Shown here in pieces: positions 23,901-37,600 of a stretch of DNA of 64,000 bases. The stretch comes from Cyanophora paradoxa CCMP329 (lineage: Eukaryota; Plantae; Glaucophyta), in NCBI GenBank assembly GCA_004431415.1, contig QPMI01000159.1, positions 84,327 through 148,326 on the forward strand. The letters are read 5' to 3'. A model generated the notes under the pieces. The model was not told the DNA's origin. It made no database searches and was given only the letters and a program-made list of their open reading frames with translations. How positions within the stretch are numbered: the stretch's first letter is position 1; every line of letters starts with the position of its first letter. The translations under genes and the position numbers were made by a program.

Positions 23901-26900
23901 CGGACCGACAAGGCTCAAATCTTTGTGCCCGAGAAGTTCATTCCGGGGTCCGCGGCCGCGCTCATTTGTGCTCGCGTCCTGTCCGTCCAATTTCTAATTA
24001 TGCGTCCACATTTATCCCAGGACAATCAACGCGACCCCCGACTTCACGGCCTCGGCTCCCGGCCCCAAGTCCTGCATCACTGTGCGTTCTGGAATATCAG
24101 CGATTGATCATAACAAACTAAATTGAAGCGGCTGTGTAACTAGCTGCGTTAACTTTTGGGCGCCGCACCGCCTCAACTCGCGCTTGCTCACTTCGAATTC
24201 ACTGCAGGGCGACTGCTTGGCGCTGAAGGGTCCCAGCGTGAACTACTCCGCGCAGATGTCAAGCATGTGCCGGTGCGTGTTAGCTGTTCTCTCTCACACA
24301 GCGTCCGGATCGCTGATCACGATAATATGATTTCGCTACGGATATACGTAGCGGCGATGGGAAGTGCGAGGTCCCGACGGACATGAAGTGCCCACATCCG
24401 CTGGACACGTCATCGGCCGCATCCAACACCAGCACCACCGCCACCGACACCAGCGGCCCGGAGACAACGATATTCGACGCCGAAGTGATTTTGGGCCCCT
24501 TCGGTGCATGCTTGACCGCGGCCGGCGGCGACAGCGGGACGCAAGCGACATTCCAAGATTGCGAAACCAAGGAGGTTACCGTGAACGGCACGTCCGTCCA
24601 AGGTGCCCGGTCCCGACTTAAAAGCTGTGAATCGAACTGCGCATCCGTTTGATCGCTTTTTGGGAACTCCGTGGCGCAGTTTACTCCAATCCCAACCAGG
24701 TCCGATCATATATATAATCACTTTGTCGAACTTATCCTGCAATATTAACAATTGACGAATTCGAATCTGCTCTCTTTGCGTATGCGCAGCTCTGGGTGAC
24801 TAAAACGACATCCGAGCTCGCTGACGCGCACGGAACAAACGCCCAAGTAATTTACAACTACGGTGCGCTCCTTGCAGCGAGCTTATGTGCATATGCATGC
24901 TCTGCGGGCATCTTGACTTCGATCACGAAGCCTCACTGCTGTTTCCTTTGCAACATGTACAGCGAACGGGGCTGTGCTATCTACATCCACAACAGGTGCG
25001 CATATGCATGTCCTGTTTTTTGCGCACCGGTACCTATAAATCACTGGTTTTGTTGCGGACGCACACTCGAGCTTTATCCAATCGCCTTAACGTGCCACAC
25101 AGGCATCTTCGAGACTCCTGCGGGCCAGACGGACAAGGGCGACTTCGCGGTGACTGCGGAGTTCGCCTCTGCGAATGGGGCGCCCAGCTATCATGTCATC
25201 AACAAAACGTTTATCGACGACGTAGTGCGCCCTCTAGATCTGCCTTGCCGCCGGCGCCGCGCCGCTCGCATGCATCCTGCAAATTGATCGATGTCGTTTC
25301 GTGCTGATTTCTGAGCGCGATCAGCTGCAGTACCGGCTTTCGTTCGCCGATAATCCGGACCTGTGCATGACAATGGGCGAAGGAGGCACGGCTGCCATGT
25401 GCGTCAGCATAACTCTTAGCATACATAATCAAGCCAGTAGAGATGTCGACAATTTCGCGCAGGTTTCCGTGCAAGGATCCGGATACCGGGAACCAGGTAC
25501 GCCCTCTATTAATAATTCAGGCATGAGCATGCGCAGTTCGCATAACCTTATCTTCAACAGCGTAATAGCTCGACCATGCGATTAAACTTTTATATGTTTA
25601 ATTGAGTAAATCTGCGCCGGCGACCACATTTACCGATTGATACCGCAGATGGGCTCCCCGATCTTGTTCAAGGCCGTGCAGACGGATGTCGGGCCGGCAT
25701 CCAAGTCCCTTTGGCTTGATCCCTACCCCCTGGAGAGCCCTACGACGCCGTCCACATCGGGCCCGTACAAGGGCAGTGTGCTGCTCCGCAACGCCAACCT
25801 CTGCCTCACCGCAATGGACAGTGGCGAAGTGACTTTTGCTTATTGCACACACGGAGGAAGTGTTGATGGCGACACTTTTATGCCCAGTGCGTCGATTTGA
25901 CACGCGAAGCCCCGCGCGTGAGCGCTGGAACGTTCACTGATATCGATGCTGCTCGCAATCGCTCCTGCGGTGCATGTGTGCAGTCGTCGCCGACCCAAGC
26001 CAGGTCCGGATCCGTCTGCGCGCCCTCCAGCTAACAGAGATATTAATGTCATGGGTTATTGGCAGCTCTGGACGCCAGTTGCGCACGGAAATTCATACGT
26101 GCTCTACAATCACAAGACGGGGAACGTTCTAGAGGCTTCTGGAAGTGCGCGTCTAGGGGCGTTTTCGAAACTCGCGGGCGTGTTGTTCATTTGTGCTCGT
26201 GGTAGATGAAGAAAACCAGACCGACGTGCTGGACTCGCTGACCAGCACGACTTCGGCGCCCCCCGATCAGCTGGGCGGCCACCAGACGGTCGCGTTCAAC
26301 TGGGACGTCTCGCAGTGGGAGCTCGCAGGCGGCTCGGCGAACAACATGTGGATCGAGTCGCCGATCTCGCGGATGGTGCGCTAGCGCTCGAGCTTGCCAC
26401 TACCTGTTACGTGCATGGCGACCTTGCGCATTCTAAGCTCTCGATGTTCCTCGCAGACTATGGTGTCGCTCGGCGATAACCCGGGGCAATGTGTCTACCG
26501 AGGCACCACCGAGAAGGACTACAGGTTCGATGAGGAATCCGGACTCGAAAGCTGGGCTGCAGTCACGTGCGCATGCAATTGCAATTGTTCGATGAATCAA
26601 CACGTTCGACTGCAACTGAAATCATTGCCTTGCCCTTTCGCAGACTCCCGTGCGATGTCCAGACCGCTATGAATGTACCCGGCGCGGTGCCTGCCGTTTC
26701 CCCCCTGCAGCTGATTTCGATTTCGTCCGAAAATTAAATGTAATTCCAACGCCTCACGTGCGCTCTGATCGCAGGGACCAGACGGGGTACGCCGTGACGC
26801 GGCCTGGGCCGCGCACATTGCAATAATATATAAGTCTCTGACAGACCACTATGCCGTTAACGTTTCCAATGCAGGAGGCCGGTTTCCTTCAAGTCACTCC

Positions 26901-28589
26901 GGCGTTGGCGCTCGTCCCCATGAGCGCGAGCATCCCCAAGGACTCCGTCGCGGAGACGTTCCCTGCCCCGCCCACGATGCCGGCCTCGGCGGTCTATACG
27001 GGCGGAGTCCTCATCAAGGGCCCGAAGAGCAGCTACGGCGAAGCAGAGACGTGCCTGACGAACTTTGATGCCGACGGGGACTCCAACCTTCAATTCACCC
27101 CCTGCCAAACCCAGTACATGAATCTCATTGGCGAAGGGACCACTGGAATGGCCCGAGGTGCGCGGCGATCTTACAAATTTCGTTCGATGCTCAGGCCTGC
27201 ATGCTTATCGAGCCGCGAATTTTGCTTCAGTTGGAATCAACCCGAACCAGGTTTGCACCTACAGGGCGTCGAGGCGCGCGCGCGCGGTTTCCCACAGCGC
27301 ACATCTGTTGCGCAGATTTGGCATTTGCGCGAGCCTACGAACGCCGTCAGCCTCTCTTCGAACCAGCAGAAGTACACTATCTTCAATCATGCCAGTGCGC
27401 CACATTTATCGAACGCAATCGCAAATATACAACCGCCGACACATTTAATACTTACCGCGCAGCCGGCAATGTTGTTGAGGCGTTGGGTGCGAATCACGAG
27501 CTCTGATTGTTTTTTCTGACAATTAGGTTCCGTATCGCGAGTCAATTTGGCATGTGCCGATCGTGCCGTGCACGCACGTGCAGGTGGGACCGATAGTTCG
27601 CGCACGGACATTGGAGACATTCTATTCGCGAGAACAAGCACGTCAACGCCAGGCAATAACCAGGTCGTGATTGCGACCACGGTCGCTGGAATTGACCCAT
27701 CGCAAGTGCGTGCCTGCTTGCGATTGCACGAGCTTATTTGCGATCTTGGCTGCCATCATTAGCAGAGATATCGTTGCAGACTGCTAGATGATCATGAGCC
27801 GCGTATTTTCCGCAGCCGAATCTCCAGCTCTCGTTCGCGGACGATCCGTCACTTTGCTTCCAAGGCGGGCGGATGTGCGTGCCCAGCGCTAGCACCGTGC
27901 TGGCTTACTCATTTAAATCAAATATCTCGCTTGCGCATCGACATCCATTTATTGAGGCCTCACTCCTGCGCGCCAATCTGCCCGCAGGCAAACGTGTGAC
28001 GCCTCCGTAAGTAGCTTGGGCTTGTCGTCGCTTGCAATACTTCTTTGCGCTGCCGCTGACGCTGCGCTTCGGCCCGTGCGCGCGTGCGTGTGCTCAGGTG
28101 GAGGCGCAGCTCTCTGCTATCGAGCCAGTCGTCGCGCTCCAAGCCCCGAGCTCGACAATCCCGCCCACGCTCTTCACGCAGCCGTCCAAGACTTTTCAGC
28201 AGCTGGAGGACGAAGGTGCGCGGGGTCCGGGGGGGCCCGGGGGTGCCGGGGGCGGGGGGGTGCGGGGGGGGGGAAGGGGAGGGGGGAGGGGAGAGGGGGG
28301 GAAGGGGGGGGAAATGGGGGAAGGGGAAGGGGGGAGTGGGGGGATTTCTAGATTTAGACGGATCTGGGCTGGGTACCGCGCGTACGCCTGCATCCTACAC
28401 TATATAGCTACTGTGCCCGCAATCACGCACGCGCACGTGAAGGGACAGCGCGGCATAGCTACGAGCTCAAGTGCACGCCTGAGCCGGAGCTCGCCGCTGA
28501 CCTCCGCCCGTGCTCCGATGCGCGTTCGCAGTGGCGTCTGTTTCGGACGACGAAAGCGCCCACGACCTCGACCTGTCGGAGGAGCTTGA
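20985..28589 (+). CDS. Large multi-exon protein, copy A: Thr/Ser-rich beta-type N-terminal region plus three ricin-B (beta-trefoil)-like repeats; 3' end approximate
   Basis: Chain of in-frame exons with GT-AG borders; three repeats of CLT..F..C..PxQ(L/I)W..YN..G.V at ~24.5, 25.8 and 27.0 kb; exons conserved in paralog B. Confidence 0.6.
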
Positions 28590-31500
28590 GTTCGAGGTGC
28601 GATACATATGGATGCGCCTCCGATAGTTCCTGCTCTTGAGAGCCGATGATAGTTCCGGTTGTTGAGAGCTTGATTGTGATATATCGTGATCGCGACTCGT
28701 CATCTTGAGTGAGCCGATTTTGACGGCCTCTTTGAATTAATCGCAGGGCGATGCGGGACCGGCGGCGCACGGCTCGGAGGCTGCGCTCGCGACCGGCCAC
28801 AGCGAGGCGGGCGACTTCGTTGGCTAGACGTCGACTTGAGCTTCGACTTCGACAGCCCGGCCCCCGCTCATCGGAGCTAGCTATAGAGCGGACATCGCTT
28901 CTTCGAAGCAGCGCGCAGATCTACCTATAGACGGATGTAATTGATAACAAGTCGACGTCTAATATTCTATTCAACAAGCGCAATATATATAGACAACGGT
29001 TGGCGGCTATCTTGGCTGAATAATTAAATGAAAGGAGGATCACGACAGGGGCACGATCGCGAGAGCCCTCAAAGCGCAGAAGATAGGCCTAAGAAGAAAC
29101 CGAGAATGAGTTGAGATGACAGAACAAGAAATGACACTCACAATTGAACTAGAAGATCACACTTGAAAAAGCATGCGCACTATGAGACGACAAGACAGAA
29201 AGAGAACGTTAACTGCAGAGACGACGAATCGACGCCAGGTACAGAATGCAAATTTCAAGCAGGCTTCCAGGAGGGGTGAGGCCTCTCGGCCCCACCGTTC
29301 TTTATTGGTAGGTCACGGGCCTCCCCACCGCTCGAAGGATGGTCGGGGGCCCCGGCCTGATGGGGTCTGGCGCTACGCGCCGACAAAAAGCTACGTATAT
29401 ATATACCGGGGAGACTATGTGCCGAGGCAATAGGGGGAGCTGGGGTCCAGGGGAGGAGGCGGGGGCGGTTGAGCTGCTACTGGGGAGCGTTGACGTCGAC
29501 GTTGGGGCGGGGTGGGCCGACGATCGCGAGGAAGGCGAGACCGCGCAGGACCGCAGCCTTCAGGCCCTCCTGGTCGGGCGCCTGCTGCGGCGCCGGACAC
29601 TGGGGCTTAAGAAAGTCTGTTTCCCGGGGGAAACACTCGCATGTTACCCTATAGGTTGGAATGAAGGCTCGATGCTCCGGAGCCGCGCCGGTGGGGATGA
29701 AGCCCTGCAGCTTGGAGGAGCCCCAGGAGGGCGGCCGCCATCGGGGCGGGTTGGCCATGGGTCAGGTCCGGGCCCCGCCCCGCGGCCGCCGATGAGGCCG
29801 CATGCGCCGCGGCGGGCGGCGCGGTACCGGTGTCGTCGGCCGCGCCGGCGCCGCGGGGGCGGCGCGCGGGGGCGGAGGGGCTTTGGACCTCAGGGCCTCA
29901 TGATCATGATCATCGAAAACAATATAGCTATAGCATTATATATATATAGCTAGCTATCTTGAAGAAAGAGAAAGAGAAGGCTACGAGCCTGAAGAAAAAA
30001 ACAGAAATCGAAATCGAATGAGATGTCTCAAATATTAATGTTTTGCAATGATCATGAGCGCGTGGGCTGGTCCCATTCCAAGGCCTCGTACCCCCCGTGC
30101 GGCGGGGGTGGCCTCTAAGGCGGGGGTGCGGGCGGGCGGGCGCCGGCGCCGGCGGCGGGCCAGGCGGGGGCTGCTGGGCCTTGGCCCAGTGGGCCGCCGG
30201 GCCGGGGCCCGGGGCACCTGGAAAGACGGCGCCGATCGCGAGCGGGCGCCTAATTTATAACTGGCAGTAGGGGTGGGGCTAGCCCGCCAAAATTTTGGCT
30301 TAAGCAAAGTCCAAGTCTGAGCTATCGATCGGGCTCAAGCCCAAGCCAAGCCAGCAGCCGGCGGACTCAAGCCCGTTTAAGGCTTGCCGGCACCGGGGCG
30401 ATATCGATCGCGAGGTGATTAATTGTGGTTTTATTTATGATTAATTGACTTAATACTCGGTTTACGTTCATATTATAAATTACCCATGCATAAATGCTTG
30501 TTTAATTAGTAAATATGTTAATGCTCGGTTAAATGTTACCCGTTCATCCCGATCGCGAGGACCTGCAGCTGACGTCGACGAGTACTTCAGTCTTCAGACC
30601 ATGGCCAGAGGTTGGCACAACTTGGCAGGTTGCACAGCAACTTGCACTGCCCCCGGGGCAGGACTGTTTATTCAATGATTGATCCAATGATTAATATAAT
30701 TCCTATCAAGCTCGAAAGTCCGGGGGATCCGATCGGAGTCATTCGAATCGATGAGGCGAATCATTTTCATGCGATCAAAATATCCGACATCGATCGGATT
30801 ATTTTCGGATATCGATCTAGACTCCGACTCATGCATCAGCCTATGACTTGCATAAGATTCTGATGATAAGAAGCGCCTACTACTAGGCTACTAGTAGCCT
30901 TCAAGGCTTGCAAGGCTCGATCGCCGATCGCGCGATCATGGCTGCGCATGCAACTGGCTCCGAGTGGCTCGGGCCTGCCACTGGCCCACTGGCTGCCAGG
31001 AGCTCATCATCTGGCATATGCATGGCATTGCATGCACGGTGATGCACCGTCAATTCGCCGTCAAACGTGAGCGCGCGGGGTACATCACCGTACGCACGCG
31101 CCGTGCATGCCGCACGCGTTTTCGTAAACGTACACGCAGCTATAGGCCTATAGGCTGCTTCCTCACCTGCCCTCGTCATTCTTCCTCGCCCGGCTCGCCG
31201 AGTCCGACGGTCGTTCGAAGTCTCACGAGGCGCATCGCGATCGGCTGTAAAGGCTTAACTTGACTCGGTGAGCCGCATGCGCAGCGCCCTGCATGCGAGC
31301 GTGGTAGCTATAGCTAAAGGAAACAAGCACGAACGGTGCATCGTCCGACGGTCGATTTCGCGCCCTAGGCCTGATCGATATACCATGATTATGAAGGCTT
31401 GAATTTAATTTGACCGTATATATGCGTGTGTATACGAACACGTACATGTACATGTACATGTTCCGAACGCACCGCACAAAGCGGCGTCGGCCGTCGAAGT

Positions 31501-31645
31501 TCGGGCCAAGCTTAAGCAACAGCGCGCGATATAGCCAGCGCGTGCTGGGGTCGAGCTCGAGCTCGCCGAGCCTCGAAGTGTAGAAGGCGCATGCGCAGCC
31601 CACTAAAGCTCCCTCGCCGCGGCGCAGGATCAATCCTGATCTACA

Positions 31646-34600
31646 ATGGCGACGACGATCTACAGCCCTTCTGGCTTCCACCGGTGGAACACGTCTCTGA
31701 TCAGCGGCGCGGGCGGATGGGAGCTTCGGCCGCAGTCCGAGCTCCCTCCTAAGCCCGTTTCGCCGGGGACGGTTTTCGGCGAAGTAGCATTTAACGGATG
31801 GACGTGGAACGGGGCCATGTGGACTCCGCCGTACCCACCGCGTACGTCGCCCACCGCCGACGAGCTCCAGGTGCGATTTGCAATTGACCCGCGTTGAACG
31901 ATTCGACGAGCTCAAGAATTCTCGCATGATCATGAGCTCGCGCATGCAGGCGTGGTTTAATTCGAGCGGAGGTACTAGTACTGTTGTAGCTATTTCGACG
32001 GACAAGACGACGTTGACTTTGACGTCGACGGACTCCACGGCGCCGAATTCGACGGACAGTACTTCGACCGACTCCACGAGCTCGAGTCCGACGAACACCA
32101 CGACCGCGACTCTTGATCAGGATCCGACGGACATCACAGTCCTGCAGCTGCAGCCCTGCGACGAACTCAACGCGTCGCCCGGTGTCAAGATCGAGGCCGT
32201 GCGTCTAGATCTCCCCTTGAATTATATATATCAGTGTATAGTGCATAGATAAACGGCGAGCTTCGTCAAGCGGCCGCGGTTGACGCCTCATGACCAACGC
32301 CGGTGCCGCAGGGAGCGTACGAGCTTCCTTTTACGGAGGTCGGCTCTATCCGCGTCGACTCGGCGGTCTACAATGGCACCGGCCCGTACACGGCGCCTGG
32401 CACCAAGACCCAGCAATACACGTGAGCTCTTCATCATTCATAATCATGGCACGACCATACTAGTACAAATGAGAACCTGAACGTGCGCGTGGCTAGGTAA
32501 AAAAAAGGAGATAGTGTGGGTTCCAGCCCACCCACCTCTTTCTCACCCCCACCCCTCCAATCCCACCAAAACCACCCACTCCAACGCCTTCCCAACCACC
32601 ACTTCCAGACACACTCTCACAACGTCTACCACCCCCACCTCTCCAAGCCAACCAAACAGCATCCGCTAGGTAGTATCTAACGTCTAGTCCGATCGATCTT
32701 GCAAAAGATATAGCAGTGCTTTTAGACGGGAGCGTCAGCCAGAAGGCTTCCTGCTCTTCGAGCCCCAAAGCGTCGGTCTCAGAATCATCTTCAACATCAT
32801 TTAGACGTTAATTGTGTGTACTTTGAATCTAAAAAACAAAGAGGTTTCAAGGTTTAAGCTACACGTAATTACTATATCATCGAAAGCTAATTACATACTC
32901 GAGTTCAGGTTCTAGCTAGACGCTAATTATTCCCAACGATGACGTAGTCCAAGTTTAGTGAAACCACTTAACAATGGTTTGTATTCGATCGACGGCCCGA
33001 CAGGATCAGCGCTGCTAGAGGCGATGCGCAAGATCGATGTGTTTGCTACAGGTAATTCGCTAGCATTCTCATCCACCTCGGGGATTGCGACGATCGTCTT
33101 AGCAGGAACAGCAGATGATGGAGGAGAAAGCTTTTTTTCAATTTTGGTTTTAACAATCGGTTCGTTTAAAATCTTGTTTTCCATTTTAGTCTCAACCGCT
33201 ATACCAGCAATAAGATCACCAGCACGCTTCTTTGAAATTGTTTTCAACCCAGTCACTGTTTTTATGAAATATCTGCTACGATTACCAGTCTCTGATACAT
33301 ACAGCGGACCATCGTCAGTATCCTTCAGTTTACTAGTTTTGCTTTTCTTTGTCCGCGAATTTGGGATCTTATCTAGAATAGCGTTTTCGTCAGCAGTAAG
33401 AGCAAAATCGATAGATGCTCCCTCACCACCAGCTGTCCGACGAACTAAAGGATAAGATTCAGTATCACCGCTCAAAAATTCAATATTATTCTTTTTATTG
33501 GGTGAGTTTGTAAGTTTTCTAGAAGCCGCGCCTAAGAAGCCACTTGTGCTCCGCACCATTTGTTTTAAATAAGGAACAGAAAAAAGTCGACAGACAAGCC
33601 AAGCGCATTCGCGAAGTGAAATTAAGCAAAACTGCGATCAAACGGATGAAACTCACTATCTGTGTTTCTGATTGACGAGCGAAGTGATGCCTTTGTGTAT
33701 GAAGAATCTTCAATTTCGAACTCGATAACGAATGAGAATTCAGTGTTAATAGCTGCAGTAAATCCATTAAAATAACGTATTGACACATCAAGTTGCTCTA
33801 ACTCAGAATTATGATCGACGGAAACAGGAACACGTTCATCAGATGTATATTTGATTAGCTCTCCAAATTTTGCATCGATATGAATCTTTGCCAACGATGT
33901 GTTTGACCAGTTATTTATGGTGTGAATCGAACCACGAATCTGATCGATATGTAAGAAGAGATAAGTATGGTAAAGAAGATCAACAGGTATATCGCCAACG
34001 ATAGCAAACGCATAATCAACAGCATCAACTGTGATTGGAGTATCCAGCTGTTCTGCGGAATCTGTAACAGCCTTTGTGAATCCGAGCAGATTTGCGAGTT
34101 CAAGAGTGGAAAACGTTAGAGTAAACTCCGATTCACACAAGATGGTGATTTTCATTGACACATCATCAAAAACTGTTAAGAACTTTCGCTGGTAAGTACT
34201 CCCCAAATAACTGTATTGTTGCGTTTTCAAAAGAACATTCATGTAATTCGTAAGAGATGTTGGTGTGTATGATCCAGCTCGAAATAGGTTCGATCTGGTT
34301 TTAATGACGTTGCTAGGATCGAGCGTAATGGTTGTTATTGAAGCATCAGCAGCAAGATTATACATATTATGAAAAAGTTCTAGCGATTCAATTCTAGCCG
34401 ACTTCACGTTTGCTAACGCCCGAGGTAGATTAATTTTGAAATTCGAGGACATGCCTTCGAACCGATCTCTAGAATCAACATTTACGCGGAGTTTCATCTT
34501 TACAATATACGTGAAAATATTCTGTAATATAATATCAAATGGCGCAAGCAGGAACTACTCTGAAAGAGCTCCTAACAACCAAAGGATCGAACGAGCTATA

Positions 34601-37600
34601 TCTATCACCAGGTCTAACTGTCGGTGTTAGTCCAAAGTTTAAGCCTTTCCTTGAGACGATCCGTCCGCGAGGTAACTCATACGGATTCGCACAAACTGCC
34701 GCTTTCGATCTTCCGCGCAAGCAACTTCTAAACGGTGTTTCCCTATATTTTAAGGTCACAGTCGCTGGTGGAGCTGCCGCCTCGGTACTACCAAATGGAG
34801 CTGGTGCATTTATCGAAAACGTACGCTTTGTTCATGGTTCATTCAAGATGGTGATACCCGGAGACTGGCTTACTGTGAACGCGCTAATTGATAATAGCGT
34901 TGCATCCGCCCAAGCTTTTGCTAGCAGCTACGGCTTTGGAAAGGACGCTGCTCTTGAGATTCTCGATGCCAGCCGTGAGTACGTGTTAAAGATCCCATCA
35001 CAGCTTTGGGACAATTCATATTTCCCTCTGCTAGCACTTGCGGATATGCCAACCGTCGAGATTGACTTCCGTTCGGCTGGTGTGATTGGAACTGTTGCTG
35101 ATGCTATTGCGACTCTAACGGATTGTGCCCTGGTTTGTCAGTTCGTGAATATTCCGTCCGAAGAGGCAGAGTCTATGCTAAAATCTGCGAACGAGTCTGG
35201 CGGTATTAGAATTCCCTTTACTGAAATCATTTCAAAGCGTTCGAGGCAACTTAAGACCGACGACGCAGGAAACGCGGTTGAAATCTCGCTTGCTAATGTC
35301 AGCGGTCTTGTGCACGCAATTTTGATGACCGTGCGAAATGCGAATCACCTGGGCACACGGAACCACAATTCATTTGCTGGCAATGGTAACGCTTTGAAGA
35401 TTGATTCGTTTGAGATCATGCACAATAATCGTACTCTAGACATCAGCAATAAGCCAATCTCTGGGTTTGTTTCTAGCTGCTATCACATTCCAACTCAATA
35501 CCGCGGCGCAACCACTGGCAATTCAGCCCTTGGCTTCGAGGACGGAAATGTCTATGGGATTGTGCTTTCGAAATCTGGCAAAGACTCACTGCATAACGCT
35601 GTCCTCGGCTACACAGACTTCTTTAATTCCAGCAGCAGCTACTGCTCGCTAACTGTGACCGGCTGCACAAACGCAGCGCCAGCAGTTGTTGACTTCCACG
35701 TCCTGCGTCACAATGTTCTCGTAATTAACTCGTATCAAATGTCAACTCTAAAGGTAAGTAACTTCTAGATGGATATCAAACTGTTTGATCCTACAGAAAT
35801 AAAACTGCCTAAACGGTTCTTGTTTGTCGGCCCCACCAACTCGGGCAAAAGCACCTACGTAAAACACGTATTAAATGCAGTATCAAATCAACTAGACGAT
35901 ATTTACGTCTTTAGTACAACAGCATTTACTGGACAGTGGGATGATACGACTCGCAAGAGCAATATTTACGAAGAATGGGATCCGGTTTCGGTTGAGAGTC
36001 TTCTAGAGCGTCAAAAAGAAAGACGACGCAAGAAAGATGATCGCAAGATTGCAATTGTTTTAGACGATTTACTTGACAATGACCTAGTAAATGTCCACAG
36101 TGACAGACTCATGCAAAAGCTATTTACTTCTGGCCGTCATTATAACACCACCCTTTTCATATCGACTCAACGTCTTTGTGGCATCAGTCCGACGATTCGG
36201 CGAAATTGCGAATATGTATGCTTTTCGTCAATTCTATCGAATATTAAAGAGTTCGATTGCGTCTTTGCCGAATACAACGCCGGAGCGAGTCGAGCAGTTT
36301 TAATGCGTCTTTTCCTTGAATGGGGTCATTCGTATCAGGTTTTGATATTTGAAGCCGCGACCGTGGACCGCGTCTACTCTGTTGATAAATCTTCTGGAGA
36401 TTTTTCGGCTCTATTGCGCTTTGTACACGCAAGAAAGCGGCCCGGTCAAAAGCCGGTAACCAATCCTGTCTAAGCAACCAAGCTGTATATTCTGGACGTG
36501 CTGAGGCAATCCACAAATATGAGGATCCTTTGTAAATGCCAAAGCTGATGCAGTGGCAAGGTGAAAGTTGTGATCTACCCGGCCAACATATTTCTAAATC
36601 TTCTTCAATATCCATCAAAAAGATAAAGGGTGTTATTCCTTCAATTAAACCGTGATTTCGATGTTTGATCTTTATAAGCATCTTCGAATGAATCATAATA
36701 ACCGATTATCTTCCTGCAACCATTGATTTTGGTTTCTGCTTTCCATTTATCGGTTCGTTTGTCAAGGGAAACACGGACATAGTGGTTGGTGGGTCGGTGG
36801 ATTCTCCTCCGGCAATGTTTCAGTAGAAGATACTCAATGTGTTGCTGGATTGCAAAGGCAACGTATATCGGAAGGTTGATATCGGTCATCTCTGACTTTT
36901 TCGTTACATCTACAGATTGCAATATATTTATGGCATATTCACGCGCTTCTACCTTGAATTCTCTTTGCGTAATATCCAGCGGGTTTGGCGCCTGCTCTGA
37001 GCAATGGTTCAGCAGCAATTTCGAGTTTTTTTAGCTCACGATCCTTCAGGTTTTGACCCGCATACGTTTTCGTTTCAACGAGACCCTCTCTCCGAAGCTG
37101 ACGATCTTGCTTCGATCTAGCAGTCGCTCTTTCAATCTTAGACTGGTCAGGTAGTTCTTGTGGCGCACGAATCTCGGATGGTTTCACACGTCTAGAAATT
37201 TCCACACCTTGCTTTGTAATTAACCTAACACGGTTCTTATCAACGCCAGCAACAACGTAGGTCTCTTTGCTTGGTTTCGCCAGACCCTTTGCGAACACGC
37301 TTGGCTTAGGTTCAAGGATCTGCACCTCCGTACCAGGTTTAGGCATATTTGTGTTCTCTCGTTCAATATCATTCTGTCGCTGACGAACTTGATGTAGCTG
37401 TTCGGCTACCTGTGTATTTTCACGCATCCACGTTGGTGATCGCTCTTCACCAAATGCACTGTGTGCTGTTTCATTGTACGCCTTCAAAATCGCAGGCAAG
37501 CGGGAGAGGAAATGCGGGGAGCCGCGTGCCTCTGTGTCGGCCTGGATCAATGCTCGCAATGTCCTAGCGAACCTGTCGATAATTCCAAGTTTGTTACCTT

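Noticed and set aside
28225-28345. G-rich tract (also the C-rich tract at ~2545-2600) as a functional G-quadruplex
   Set aside because: G/C runs are common in introns throughout the window; nothing specific
28960-30600. Possible transposon remnant or gene between the paralogs
   Set aside because: No recognisable domain, termini or consistent exon chain
32493-32768. ORF duplicated at 42537-42848
   Set aside because: By-product of the TIR sequence; Trp/Gly-rich and not conserved in the outer half
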